This document shows positions 12,406 to 22,967 of a DNA stretch of 64,000 nucleotides, piece after piece (within the stretch, counting starts at the first letter, position 1; the number at the start of each line of letters is the position of its first letter). The DNA comes from Spirochaetota bacterium. Lineage in GTDB: Bacteria > Spirochaetota > UBA4802 > UBA5550. The stretch covers positions 1,984,001 through 2,048,000 of the forward strand of contig CAXXHB010000003.1 of assembly GCA_963664815.2 (NCBI GenBank), in the 5' to 3' direction. The position numbers and the translations under genes were made by a program. Under the pieces are notes generated by a model, which saw only the letters and a program-made list of their open reading frames with translations, had not been told where the DNA came from and ran no database searches.

Positions 12406-13590
12406 ATGATAATAAAAAGAATAATATTAATTTTATCTCTCTGCTTTATTCCGTTCTCATGCAACAGGGAATATATAAAACCTGTTTCTGTAAAGAGAAA
12501 TTTTTCCGGTGCTTTGTGGATTGTTCGTCACAATATTTCAAGTCCAAAGAAAATTGATAAATTACTGGATCTTATTAAAGATACAAATATCAAACATCTT
12601 TTTGTGCAGGTTCGGGGGCGTGGCGATTCATATTATAATTCAGAATTTGAACCTAAAGCTTTTGATGTCCCGGCTGGTTTTGATCCGTTAAAATACCTGC
12701 TGAAAAAAACTGCCAAAACAGATATAAAAATTCATGCATGGATAAATGTTTCTTTTGTTCTTAATGCTGAAGATTATCCTCCGAAAGGAACCCATATATT
12801 ATCTCTTCATCCTGAATGGATTACATATGATCATTCGGGCAGACCAATGACTGAATACTCAAAAAAGGAACTTGAACAGAATCTTGCTGAAGGATATTTT
12901 CTTGATCCGGCTATTCCTGAAGTTAAGGATTATATTGAAAATATAGTGTGTGATGTCCTCAGTAAATATCCCGTTGATGGAATTCATCTCGATTATATCA
13001 GGTATCCATATTCAGGCTATTATTCTTATGGAAAAAAATATTTAAGTGATTTTGGTTATAATCCGGTAGCCAGAAAAATTTTTAAAAACCTTCACGGGAT
13101 AGATCCGGTAAATATAGACAGATTTAAAGATTCACCCGAAAAACAGCTTTTTGATAAATTCAGAAGCGACCAGATTACTGAAATTGTTAAAAGAATACAT
13201 AAGGATGTTAAATCATTAAACGAAAATCTTATCCTGTCAACTGCAGTAATGCCTAGATATGACTGGGGAAAAAAAGTTTATTTTCAGGACTGGACAAACT
13301 GGCTTGATAACGGATATATAGATTTCGCGTGTGTAATGAGCTATAGCGATGGTCCATCAGGTTTTAAAGATTATGTAAAGTACGCTAACTCAACACGTCA
13401 TAACAATAAAATATTTATGGGTATCAGCGTTAAAAAAAATACTGCACTTAAAAATGCAGTAAAACAGATTGATCTATCCTATGAAAACGGAATGAGGGGA
13501 TTTTCGATATTCAGTTTTAATCATGACAAAGATTTTATTGATAATCTCAATGCTCTCATTGAATACAACAGGAATATTTACATGTATTGA
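12406..13590 (+). CDS. GHL10/DUF187 (YddW-like) glycoside hydrolase lipoprotein
   Basis: Lipobox FSC; FVQVRGRGD, HAWIN, LDPAIPEV, DGIHLDYIRYP. Confidence 0.88.
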   Translation: MIIKRIILILSLCFIPFSCNREYIKPVSVKRNFSGALWIVRHNISSPKKIDKLLDLIKDTNIKHLFVQVRGRGDSYYNSEFEPKAFDVPAGFDPLKYLLKKTAKTDIKIHAWINVSFVLNAEDYPPKGTHILSLHPEWITYDHSGRPMTEYSKKELEQNLAEGYFLDPAIPEVKDYIENIVCDVLSKYPVDGIHLDYIRYPYSGYYSYGKKYLSDFGYNPVARKIFKNLHGIDPVNIDRFKDSPEKQLFDKFRSDQITEIVKRIHKDVKSLNENLILSTAVMPRYDWGKKVYFQDWTNWLDNGYIDFACVMSYSDGPSGFKDYVKYANSTRHNNKIFMGISVKKNTALKNAVKQIDLSYENGMRGFSIFSFNHDKDFIDNLNALIEYNRNIYMY

Positions 13591-13745
13591 TTTCAATAAG
13601 TGTAAATCAGCAGCTTTTTCACATTAACAGTAAATGTTTTTTCTGTTTTAAATCAATGTTAATTTTAATAAAAGTTTAATGAAAAATAGAACCTTCATAT
13701 TACTCATCAATAACGTCAACATTTTCCGGATATACAATAGAACCA

Positions 13746-14540
13746 TTATATAGATTTTACAATATTCATCGATGACCACTCTCCATGTGAGAGGAATTCC
13801 CATAAATTTTTTTTAGGGAAAAGACAACGATTAATCTCTTCTCGCGAAATTCCTTCTTTCTCTAATGTTTTTACTTTTTCCTGAATCTCCAGGAAAAAAT
13901 CAAGTTTTGATTTAAATTTTTCTTTTCCGTTAAAATGTACTCCGGAATGACCGCATAATATTTTGTCAAAATCGAGTTCAAGAATTTTTTTAATGGAGTT
14001 TATAGCATCCCCGATATTTTCATCCTTAAATGCTACAACCTGTCGTCTGCTTACATAAAGATCTCCAGTAAATAACCATCCCATATTTTTCTCATGATAT
14101 ACAACATGATCCTTCTGATGTCCCGGAGCATTAATCACATCAAGTCTGTATTTTCCTGTTTCAATATATAACGGAACCGGATCAGCAACAAATCCATCCC
14201 TGTTACCCCATACCAGTCTTCTGTACAATGGAATGTCTGATTTTTTCATAGCTTCAGCGATTGAATTTTTATTAATATATACAGGAATTTTCATATTTTC
14301 CTTTATCCATGCAGCAGCTCCAGTATGGTCTTCATGGACATGAGTTATCGCAACACAATTAACTTTTTCATTTTTCAGGAGAATTTTTGTCATTTTCTGA
14401 ATATTTGCTGAACCTGCATCTATTAAAACTCCATCAACTATATAAAGATATACAATCAACTGCAACGGGAACACACCCGATTTAATCCCGGCGGAAACCA
14501 GGCCGTTATCAATTTTCTTAATAATCATAAATGACTCCAA
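13746..14540 (-). CDS. MBL-fold metallo-hydrolase
   Basis: THVHEDH, PGH, FTGD, CGH. Confidence 0.9.
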   Translation of the reverse strand: MESFMIIKKIDNGLVSAGIKSGVFPLQLIVYLYIVDGVLIDAGSANIQKMTKILLKNEKVNCVAITHVHEDHTGAAAWIKENMKIPVYINKNSIAEAMKKSDIPLYRRLVWGNRDGFVADPVPLYIETGKYRLDVINAPGHQKDHVVYHEKNMGWLFTGDLYVSRRQVVAFKDENIGDAINSIKKILELDFDKILCGHSGVHFNGKEKFKSKLDFFLEIQEKVKTLEKEGISREEINRCLFPKKNLWEFLSHGEWSSMNIVKSI

Positions 14541-14790
14541 AATTAAATAATGGATTCAACAATATTTGATTAGTCAACTATTGTCAAGATAAAGACATAT
14601 TTCTGACATAGTTTTATGGCATTTGCAAATCTTTCATCTGTCTCAAGAATAAGCTTTTTATACTTTTTTTAAAGCACTATTCTCAAGTTTCTGCAGAATA
14701 AACATTTTCTCTATGAAGACTCATCATCTGTTTAAAATCACTATCCCTGTATTTCATGATCTCCATTGAGATTTCCATATTTAAATAAAT

Positions 14791-15312
14791 TTAATGATTT
14801 AAAGTATTCGATATTTTTAATACATCTTCTACTGGTATTTTTGTTCCATTCTCATCATTAAAAAGGTATTTTTCTTCCATTTTGTCTACAAAAAGTATTC
14901 CATTCAGATGATCAATTTCATGCTGTATACATCTTGCCATTTTGCCTGAACGTTCAATCTGGATTTCATTCCCATTTCGATCATTGTATTTCACAACGAC
15001 AGTTTTTGCTCTTTTAACTTCTCCTGAAAATCCGGGAAACGAAAGGCATCCTTCATAATCAAACTGTTCACCGGAGAATGAAATAATCTCAGGGTTTACC
15101 ATTTCAATATATTCATCCATATAATCAATTACAGTTATCCTTTTCAGTACAGCAATCTGATTAGCTGCCAGAGCTGCACCATCTTTTGCAGCAGATAAAG
15201 TATACTTCATTGTATCAATCAACGCATGAATCTTTTTATGGAAGATCTTTACTTCTCTGGCTTTCTCCCTTAACGCCATTTCACCGAATAAAATTATTTT
15301 TTCCTTTTTCAT
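14791..15312 (-). CDS. def: peptide deformylase
   Basis: LAANQI, EGCLS, QHEIDHLNG. Confidence 0.95.
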   Translation of the reverse strand: MKKEKIILFGEMALREKAREVKIFHKKIHALIDTMKYTLSAAKDGAALAANQIAVLKRITVIDYMDEYIEMVNPEIISFSGEQFDYEGCLSFPGFSGEVKRAKTVVVKYNDRNGNEIQIERSGKMARCIQHEIDHLNGILFVDKMEEKYLFNDENGTKIPVEDVLKISNTLNH

Positions 15313-15483
15313 TTTGTACTTCTTGTTATTTTTGTTGTTAAAAATTAATTAATTATCTGATAAATATAATTTTTGCAACAATTAATTGATTATCCGGGAA
15401 TATCATTATCTCTGTTTCAAGAGAAAAATTCATTGCCTTTTTACAATAAAATTTATTTATCGGATTAAAGAGGTAATCATAAG

Positions 15484-15792
15484 ATGAAACATATAGCTGT
15501 CATTTCAGTACTCTCTATTTTATTGCTCCCGTTAAATTCATGTAAAACTGGAGGTATTATGGTTTTTACTAAAGAGGGATGCAGCAGATGTGAATATACT
15601 ATAAACTATTTTAAGCAGAATAATATCAGCTATACAGAGTATTCTGCAGATACAGATAAAGAAAAAATGTGGAATCTGATTACACAGTCCAAGCCTGATG
15701 CTGAAAGCGTAACAATGCCGGTTATTGTTAAGGAAGGAAATGTTTATTTCAGCATAGAAAATCTGGAGGAATTTTTAAAAAAGACCCGTTAA
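15484..15792 (+). CDS. glutaredoxin-like lipoprotein
   Basis: Lipobox LNSC; CSRC redox motif; TMPVI cis-Pro motif. Confidence 0.75.
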   Translation: MKHIAVISVLSILLLPLNSCKTGGIMVFTKEGCSRCEYTINYFKQNNISYTEYSADTDKEKMWNLITQSKPDAESVTMPVIVKEGNVYFSIENLEEFLKKTR

Positions 15793-15805
15793 ATTATGGT
15801 ATTAT

Positions 15806-16072
15806 TTATTTCTTCTGTTCTGTCTTAACTCTTTCTTCAGTCATTGTTTCAATTTTATGTCTTTTATTCGCTGCAGTAACAAATAGAAGTATGAGTATTA
15901 CAATTATCAATACCACTGTGCCTGCACCTATGGCGAAGTAGAGTTCATTAAGAGGGCCGGTTTTTTTCTTTGACTGATTTTCATCATAATGAAGTTTTCC
16001 GCAACTCCTGCATACATAATAACCATATGATGAACTATCAAAATCTTTGCCTTTGCAGTAACTGCACTGCAT
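15806..16072 (-). CDS. small zinc-ribbon membrane protein
   Basis: CSYC...CRSC followed by one TM helix. Confidence 0.65.
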   Translation of the reverse strand: MQCSYCKGKDFDSSSYGYYVCRSCGKLHYDENQSKKKTGPLNELYFAIGAGTVVLIIVILILLFVTAANKRHKIETMTEERVKTEQKK

Positions 16073-16265
16073 ATGCTCCCCCCGCCAGCAAAAAAGTCTG
16101 AAAAATATTATTACCCTCTATCAGATTCTTTAATGCAACTCAATCATTATTATAATGTCAGTAAGTTATAATTATATCTGTACTGCAAGAACTATATTAC
16201 TTTCAAATGGAAGAATGTTTTAAAATCTTCCGGTTTTTTATCTGTACAATTCCGGTAACATATTC

Positions 16266-16925
16266 TCATAAATAGGATTCAATAAAATTCTTAACGTTTT
16301 CTTTTCCCTTAATAACACCAAAATGTCCTTCACATAAGATATCTGCACCAAGTGAAATCATAAATTCAAGTGACGCTTTATAATCCCTGTTGTTTGAAAG
16401 AAGCAGGCTATTCAGTGGACCGTGAATATCCTGTCCGAAAAGAACTGAAAATCCATCTGAAGCTAACACAAGAACAGAAGAGCCTGGAGAATGCCCCGGG
16501 GTGTGATAGAAACATATATTTATCTCCCCGATTTTAAAACTTCTTTTTTTATCTGTAACTTTTACATCAACCTTTAATGGCTTAATATATGCCCCATACC
16601 ATGATGCCGCTGTAACCTCGGAATCTCCGATTTCAAGGTACTTGGCATCAAGATCGTGTGCGATAATACTGCATCCCGTAACATCACGGATTTTATCAGC
16701 TCCACCGGTATGATCATAATGACAATGTGTGATAAACAGATATCTGATACTCGATAATTCTGCTCCTGTTTTCCTTATATTGCTTATTACTCTGTCTATT
16801 CCTTTGCCGGTACCGGCATCAATAAGCGCAGATTCATCACCTGATATCACAAGATATACTGCTGCATCCGAAGAATGCGAAAGTCCTGATCCGCCTACCT
16901 GATATATATTTGATGTTATTTTCAT
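16266..16925 (-). CDS. MBL-fold metallo-hydrolase
   Basis: THCHYDH, TPGHSPG, CEGH. Confidence 0.9.
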   Translation of the reverse strand: MKITSNIYQVGGSGLSHSSDAAVYLVISGDESALIDAGTGKGIDRVISNIRKTGAELSSIRYLFITHCHYDHTGGADKIRDVTGCSIIAHDLDAKYLEIGDSEVTAASWYGAYIKPLKVDVKVTDKKRSFKIGEINICFYHTPGHSPGSSVLVLASDGFSVLFGQDIHGPLNSLLLSNNRDYKASLEFMISLGADILCEGHFGVIKGKENVKNFIESYL

Positions 16926-17160
16926 AAATGATTAATCTAAAAGTTAATTTTAATATTGCAAGCGGTTTTATAACTCTTTAAATATATCATTAAAAAAAAT
17001 AAAATTAATCATAAAGAAATAAAATCCATCAAAATTGATTAAACATGTTATTTAAATGTAACATCAATTAATAATATATATCTGAATAATCGCTTTATGT
17101 TGATTTATTATGAATCAGTTATTACAATAAATATTACAAATTATTAAACCGGGGGTTTCA

Positions 17161-17493
17161 ATGGGATACTGGGAAGAAGTAAGAGAAGTAGTCTTAAAGG
17201 GAGTTGATCTTGCGGTTGAAGGTGTAAAGGACAGTGCTGCAAAGGCAGTGGAAAAGGGGAAGGATGGAGTTGCATATACACAGTTTAAAACAAGTCTTTT
17301 TGTTGAGCAGAGGAAACTTCAAACCATATTAGCAGATCTGGGGGATCGTACACGTGATATTTACAGGGAAAAAAAAGATCTCTATACAGATTCAGTAATA
17401 ACAGAAACTATGAATAAACTCGGCAAAGTCGAAGATGAATGCAAACGCCTGGAGGAGGAAATAAAAAAACTCGGTTTTGAGACAAAGAAATAA
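17161..17493 (+). CDS. hypothetical coiled-coil protein
   Basis: GGGGG RBS; helical, charged 110 aa. Confidence 0.65.
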   Translation: MGYWEEVREVVLKGVDLAVEGVKDSAAKAVEKGKDGVAYTQFKTSLFVEQRKLQTILADLGDRTRDIYREKKDLYTDSVITETMNKLGKVEDECKRLEEEIKKLGFETKK

Positions 17494-17586
17494 CCGATAA
17501 AATTTTATCAATTCCTGATAATAATAAGTGATTTTAATTACAATAAAGCTATTCCGCTATTACGGAATAGCTTTATCAGATCCGTT

Positions 17587-18132
17587 TTACAATTCAGATT
17601 TAACCTTTGATTGTATTTCAATTGGAGGGAGGGTACTGCTGACGGTAAAGGTTGATCCATCTTTTTTAAATACTTTGATATCTTTATTGTCAAGGAGCTG
17701 TACCATCCTTTTAATATCTTTACCATTTCCAAGACACCATGTTTGTGTTTCGGGATTATAAATAATATCCGCTGAATCTCCCATGTTAGGTCCTTCAAGC
17801 TGTACAATATGATATTTATTGAGACTTACATCAACTTTATATTTTACTCCGTCTTTTGCTATATATTTTGTTTCAATTTCTCCCGGTTTCATTGCAAGAG
17901 GATTTTTACCTGTCCAGAACTCTACTGAATTTAGTATTACTCCGTCTACAAGGAGTGTAATTCCGTAAACAGGTATAAGAACAAAAAATACTACCTCATT
18001 AATATATTTATTACTTAGACCCTGATTCCAGCTCAGAATCTTTCTGGTTACAACAAAATTCCCGATACATCCTTGAAGTGACGTAATACCGATAACAAAT
18101 GCCAGCATTAGAGCAAGACCGCTTTTTTTCAT
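17587..18132 (-). CDS. DUF3332 family lipoprotein
   Basis: GCIGNF...NKYINE...PVYG...D...NSVEFWTGKNP. Confidence 0.85.
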   Translation of the reverse strand: MKKSGLALMLAFVIGITSLQGCIGNFVVTRKILSWNQGLSNKYINEVVFFVLIPVYGITLLVDGVILNSVEFWTGKNPLAMKPGEIETKYIAKDGVKYKVDVSLNKYHIVQLEGPNMGDSADIIYNPETQTWCLGNGKDIKRMVQLLDNKDIKVFKKDGSTFTVSSTLPPIEIQSKVKSEL

Positions 18133-18216
18133 AATGTTTCTCCTTGAAATTTTAAAATAAATTTAATAGCAAAATCCTTTTTTAAAAAATATATCAATAG
18201 TAAATAGTTAATTTTA

Positions 18217-20463
18217 TCAGTCAGTCCACAGGCTTGATTCGCTCCTTATCAGATCAAGGTATTTATCTGCAAAACCTTTATCAGTTTTAAAATAAAGTTT
18301 CATCCAGCGTGGTGGTTCAATAAAGTCGCTATTATTTAATATATCATCCTGTGAATCAAGTTCATATTTCCATATTCTCCAGAACATATTATCCTTAAGA
18401 AAGGGAATAGTATTAAACCGCATATAAAGTATTCCGTCAGTAATCTTCCATTTGTCCGGCATTACAACTGAAGTACAATCGGCATCACCATTTTTCCGGC
18501 ATTTATAACGGTCATGAAATTCAATGTTGCCATCTTTTTTAAATGTCATTCTTAATATGGTTTCATTTTTTTCATACATGATAAATGTTTCACCCGATAT
18601 CGATCCGGAAAGAGATTTACTGTATTTTTCCATATAAGTTTTTTTCATTGAATCAATCCCCTGAAAAGGGATTCTTTTTCCATTATTAAAAAACGCTATT
18701 TCAGCAACAGAGGTCCTGTCCTGTTCAATACCTTTATAATACTCATCATCCCTTGTGCGAAAATCAATTTTTGTCACTACGTACTTCCCTTTCAGATTAA
18801 TACTTTGAAAGTCCATTGAATCTTTCAGCGTAGTATAGATCAGCACACGCCCTGTATTATCATTTTCTATTCTTACAACACCTGACATTTTTTTTACTGT
18901 AACATCTTCCGTCTTTTTTTTATCAGTAATAACTTTTTTCGAATTTTTCTTTTCCTTATTATTTTTTTTATCGTTTTTCGCAGAATCTGCAGCGGTTTTT
19001 TTATTCTTGCCCTTTATATTATCATTTTTCTTATCATCTTTTTTCTCTGTAATAATTTTATCAGTAATTTTCTCATTCTCTTTTTTTTCATTCACCGGTT
19101 TCGCGGTTTTGTTATCTTTTTTTATCTGGCTGTCAGAAGATATGGGTTTATCAATTTTGACTGAATTTTTAACATCAGGCTTCTTTGTTATTGAGCTTTC
19201 TTTCTTTTTAACACCGGTGACAGGTTTCTTTTTACTGAAATCTTTTTCGGTTTTTTTCTTGTCTGATTTTAAAACGGGTTTTTTTGTCATTTTGTAACCG
19301 GTTTTATTCTTCTCTGTTTTTTTATTATCAGCTAAAGATTTTTTATCAGATGTTTTTTCTGTTTTATCTTCACCGGCAAGTATTTTCTTGATCTTTGTTT
19401 CTTCCGAAACTTCGTTTTCTTCTTCAGGCTTATGTGATTTATTAATAATAGTCTCACTTTTCCCGGGAACTGAAGGCTGTTTGCTTTTATTTGAATCTGT
19501 TATCTCTATTATATTTGTATTACCGGTTTTTGTTTTAACAGGAATCGTTTCTTTTTGAGTCGATTGTTTGTTTGAACTACTTTTTACAGTATCATTTTTT
19601 TGAGATCCTGATTTTTTTTCTACCGGCTTATCTCCTGATAATTTTTTTTCTTTCTTTTTACTTTTTTTTGTGATTTTCTTTTCCTGTTTTCTATCTTTTA
19701 TCTGTTTTCCGTCAGATTCTTTTTTATCAGTTTTTATTTCAGTTGTTGTATTTTTCTCTGGTTCGCTTACAGCTTCAGTTGCGGTAAAGAATAATTTTAT
19801 ATCTTCACTATCATAAATTTCAGGGCTTTCAAAGACATCATAATTCACAACTTTTTCCGGAACGATAGTTTTTTCTTCTTTTTTGTTTTTTTCTATATCT
19901 TCTTTTTTCTCTTTTTCATTTTTTTCCTCTTTTTCCTTATCGTTCTTATCTGCTTTATTCTCTTTCTCTTTTATCTCTTTTTTTTCATCTCCTGTTTTAT
20001 CATTTTTGACTTTTTCTTTACCTGGTTTATTTTTTGAATCATCTTTGTTTAATTCTGTTTGTCTTTTTTTATCTGCACGTTTTGCAGGTACTGTTTTTTT
20101 ATTTTTTTTTACCGGAACTTTTTTGTCTGTTTTTATCTCCTGTGTATATAATGTAATCTCTATATCCCGAATCCGATTATCTTTTTTAAACATCTCTTTG
20201 CTTGAAGTATTACCATTCATTATTTTGATAGTGTCTATAGTAACAGGTTTACTTAATTCCATTGAAAAATCTGAATAAAGTGCAGCGCTTTTAAAATCTC
20301 CATCAAATGCATTGTATGGTGAATCAGCGGCCGGATTTCTTCTTTCGTTGAATGGAATAGGTTTCATCAAAAGCTTTTTTATAACAATGTCTTCATCGGT
20401 TACTGAATGAACCAGTACCGGCATTGCAAACAGCAACAACAAAACCAAAATGCGCTTTTTCAT
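18217..20463 (-). CDS. secreted protein with split discoidin/NADase-type glycan-binding-like domain and long Lys/Glu-rich insert
   Basis: Signal peptide MKKRILVLLLLFAMP at ATG 20463; NAFDGD...IKIMNG...NRIRDIEI, then ~420 low-complexity aa, then LKDSMDFQSI...YKG...AEIAFF. Confidence 0.65.
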   Translation of the reverse strand: MKKRILVLLLLFAMPVLVHSVTDEDIVIKKLLMKPIPFNERRNPAADSPYNAFDGDFKSAALYSDFSMELSKPVTIDTIKIMNGNTSSKEMFKKDNRIRDIEITLYTQEIKTDKKVPVKKNKKTVPAKRADKKRQTELNKDDSKNKPGKEKVKNDKTGDEKKEIKEKENKADKNDKEKEEKNEKEKKEDIEKNKKEEKTIVPEKVVNYDVFESPEIYDSEDIKLFFTATEAVSEPEKNTTTEIKTDKKESDGKQIKDRKQEKKITKKSKKKEKKLSGDKPVEKKSGSQKNDTVKSSSNKQSTQKETIPVKTKTGNTNIIEITDSNKSKQPSVPGKSETIINKSHKPEEENEVSEETKIKKILAGEDKTEKTSDKKSLADNKKTEKNKTGYKMTKKPVLKSDKKKTEKDFSKKKPVTGVKKKESSITKKPDVKNSVKIDKPISSDSQIKKDNKTAKPVNEKKENEKITDKIITEKKDDKKNDNIKGKNKKTAADSAKNDKKNNKEKKNSKKVITDKKKTEDVTVKKMSGVVRIENDNTGRVLIYTTLKDSMDFQSINLKGKYVVTKIDFRTRDDEYYKGIEQDRTSVAEIAFFNNGKRIPFQGIDSMKKTYMEKYSKSLSGSISGETFIMYEKNETILRMTFKKDGNIEFHDRYKCRKNGDADCTSVVMPDKWKITDGILYMRFNTIPFLKDNMFWRIWKYELDSQDDILNNSDFIEPPRWMKLYFKTDKGFADKYLDLIRSESSLWTD

Positions 20464-20934
20464 CTGATACCCGCTGAGAGTGAATATTTTAAATGGCGAA
20501 GTGAATCTAAATCGGCCACAAGTTACAAACATCTAATCTATATCTTTCAATATTTCAATAAGTATTTTTATTGAATGTTTTTTTAGAGGATTTTTCAGTT
20601 TTCATAAATTGCGGAATTTATCTCGCAGATAACTTTATCATTTTGTCACGAAAAAAATATTTAATAACTTCCCTGTTTCTTAAATATTTTGAAAAAAGAT
20701 TTTTTTATCCGGAATCTTTGTATGTACTATTTTACAGTTAATATATTGATTCATTGGATATATTCCTGTGCCCACGCAGCGGCGGTAGCCATAACTGTAT
20801 AAAATCATTAACTGCTGAATCTGGTAAAAGGAGATACCTGGAATACCAGTGAAAACTTATACGGTACATTCAGCATAAACACTCACGTTTATAAAAAAAA
20901 TAGTTATTATATTTATTAGAAGGCATTGAAAAGA

Positions 20935-21330
20935 TCATTTTTTTTGAACAGAATTGTTATCTGTTTCTACAACATCGGCAATGATTTTTAATTTTATAAC
21001 TTTATGTGCCGGATCATTTGTATATACGTATATTGTTTTTTCCACACTACCAATGTAATCACTGCTGTCAAAAGTAATCTCAATACTTCCATCTTCACCC
21101 TTCTGCAGTTCTTTTTTATTTAACAACGTTCCTGTACAACCACAGCCTGTTTTCACTCTGTCTATAATTAAAACAGAGTTCCCGGTATTTTTAAAATTAA
21201 AAACAGTTTTGACAACATTTTCTCTTGTGACTTTTCCAAAATCATGTACTGTCGAGTTAAACATCACTTCCGGTTTTGCAAATAGTGTAACTGATAAAAA
21301 AAGTATTATAACAGATATTAATTTTTTCAT
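20935..21330 (-). CDS. DUF1573 domain (Ig-like) secreted protein
   Basis: HDFG, FKNTG, VKTGCGCT, VYTNDP. Confidence 0.88.
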   Translation of the reverse strand: MKKLISVIILFLSVTLFAKPEVMFNSTVHDFGKVTRENVVKTVFNFKNTGNSVLIIDRVKTGCGCTGTLLNKKELQKGEDGSIEITFDSSDYIGSVEKTIYVYTNDPAHKVIKLKIIADVVETDNNSVQKK

Positions 21331-21505
21331 TTTATACCCCGGTTAAAACGTAATTGATTTACATAATACATTCAGAAAAGTCAAATAAGATTAACCAGTC
21401 AACATATAAAAAATATAGCAAAAGTATAATATTAATATTCTTCTTGATTTTTTATTTCATCATAAAATTATCGTAACATATACAATATAATAATCAGAGG
21501 TTTTA

Positions 21506-22606
21506 ATGTTACCAACATCAGCAGTTATCCAATCATCATCCTCCTCCTCATTCAGATGGAAACTATTCGGTCAGTCTCTCGTAGAACGCAATATACGTCT
21601 ATTAAATCAGGCAGGGGTCTCTGTTGTCTACCTTGATCTAAATGATGCTGACATGGTTTTTTACGAAAATAACATTAAAAAACATCTCGTAGAAATTACC
21701 GGTACTGAAATAATTGCGGGAAGACCTGTCGAAAAAAATTATCTCCAGATCCCGGCAAACCAGTTTGTATTGTTTAACGCTTTTTCAAAATTTGAAGAAA
21801 ATTTTTTATTGATAAACGGAGTTTACCAGCCTGTTAAGAAACCCAACCAGTACAGAATCGAAGACACCACAGATTTTAATAATGCCCGCAAAATGGCTAT
21901 AGAAGTTATCCGCACAGGATCGGGTGGAAAACTGGCACAGACTATAAACAAAAAAATATCAATTCCATTAAGCCTTCTTTTTTCACGTTTCCGGGTACTC
22001 CCCAATGTTATCACTATAATAAATTTTTTTATTGCAGTGATTGCAGTTTCATTTCTTTTTTCCAGCCAGAGATCATTTGAAGCCATCGGCGGAATTCTGG
22101 TTCAGCTGTGTTCAATCATAGACGGCTGCGATGGGGAAGTTGCAAGAATGACTACGCGTTTTTCAAAGCTTGGCGGTTTGCTTGATACAATCAGTGATCA
22201 GCTTCTTGCCTTAGCCCTTATAGTTGTCGCCATGGTAAAAGTTTATCTGAACTGCTCAACATCAACTTTTGTGATTGTAATGATTTCTGTTGTTGCGGGA
22301 GTAGGAACCATGGTTGGAATTATTATATATTTTATGCAGCACTACACTGAATCCATGTCATTCGCATCATTTGATCGTGATTTCTTACAGGTATTGCCAC
22401 GTAACGATTATCTTGTAAAATCAATGATTTATCTGCAATACCTAGCACGAAAGGAATTATACTCAATGATGGTATGCCTTTTCTGTCTGTTCAATGCTCT
22501 CCACTATTATATGATATTTTTTGCAGTGGTAGCAGTCTCGGGATCATTTCTTGTAATATCTATAACTTTAAAATATTTACCCGGAATGAAAAAGATCAGG
22601 AACTGA
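21506..22606 (+). CDS. CDP-alcohol phosphatidyltransferase with degenerate N-terminal nucleotidyltransferase-like region (IPCT/DIPPS-like)
   Basis: PNVIT and the DGCDGEVAR...GGLLDTISD signature. Confidence 0.85.
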   Translation: MLPTSAVIQSSSSSSFRWKLFGQSLVERNIRLLNQAGVSVVYLDLNDADMVFYENNIKKHLVEITGTEIIAGRPVEKNYLQIPANQFVLFNAFSKFEENFLLINGVYQPVKKPNQYRIEDTTDFNNARKMAIEVIRTGSGGKLAQTINKKISIPLSLLFSRFRVLPNVITIINFFIAVIAVSFLFSSQRSFEAIGGILVQLCSIIDGCDGEVARMTTRFSKLGGLLDTISDQLLALALIVVAMVKVYLNCSTSTFVIVMISVVAGVGTMVGIIIYFMQHYTESMSFASFDRDFLQVLPRNDYLVKSMIYLQYLARKELYSMMVCLFCLFNALHYYMIFFAVVAVSGSFLVISITLKYLPGMKKIRN

Positions 22607-22777
22607 ATAAGCATCTCTGATTCCTGAAATTAAGTAATTAATACTAGATTCGGCATTATCAGTATGATTTTAATATGATGTATGATAATTTGATAATAGT
22701 GAAAACGAATGACTTAATGATTATATAACGGGTTTTTTCTTGTGAAAGCTTCGGCTATTTAAAGAAAAAACTTTTAT

Positions 22778-22965
22778 TTATTTTATAAAAGAAAACTCCA
22801 TCTTTTCGTTTACAATAATTCCTCCGTAATTACCGAGTTTTATCCATTTGTTCTTTACTAGTTCAGTGTTTGGTCTTACGCCGGCAGAAACAATAACCAT
22901 ATCGGTTTCAATTGTTTTCCCGCTTTCTGTGGTAATTCTCGCACCACCATCAATTCTGTAATTTT
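22778..22965 (-). pseudogene. internal fragment of an FAD-dependent pyridine nucleotide-disulfide oxidoreductase
   Basis: IETDMVIVSAGVRPNTEL...GGIIVNEKM matches the mid-region of the NADH oxidase/CoADR family; no N- or C-terminus is present. Confidence 0.75.
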
Positions 22966-22967
22966 GT

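Noticed and set aside
14791-15312. Peptide deformylase motif 1 variant (GAALAANQ) as an inactive enzyme
   Set aside because: Metal ligands EGCLS and HEIDH are intact, so this is ordinary variation
19007-20278. Phe/Ser/Leu-rich plus-strand ORFs that look like membrane proteins
   Set aside because: Antisense reading of the Lys/Glu-rich codons of the 18217-20463 gene
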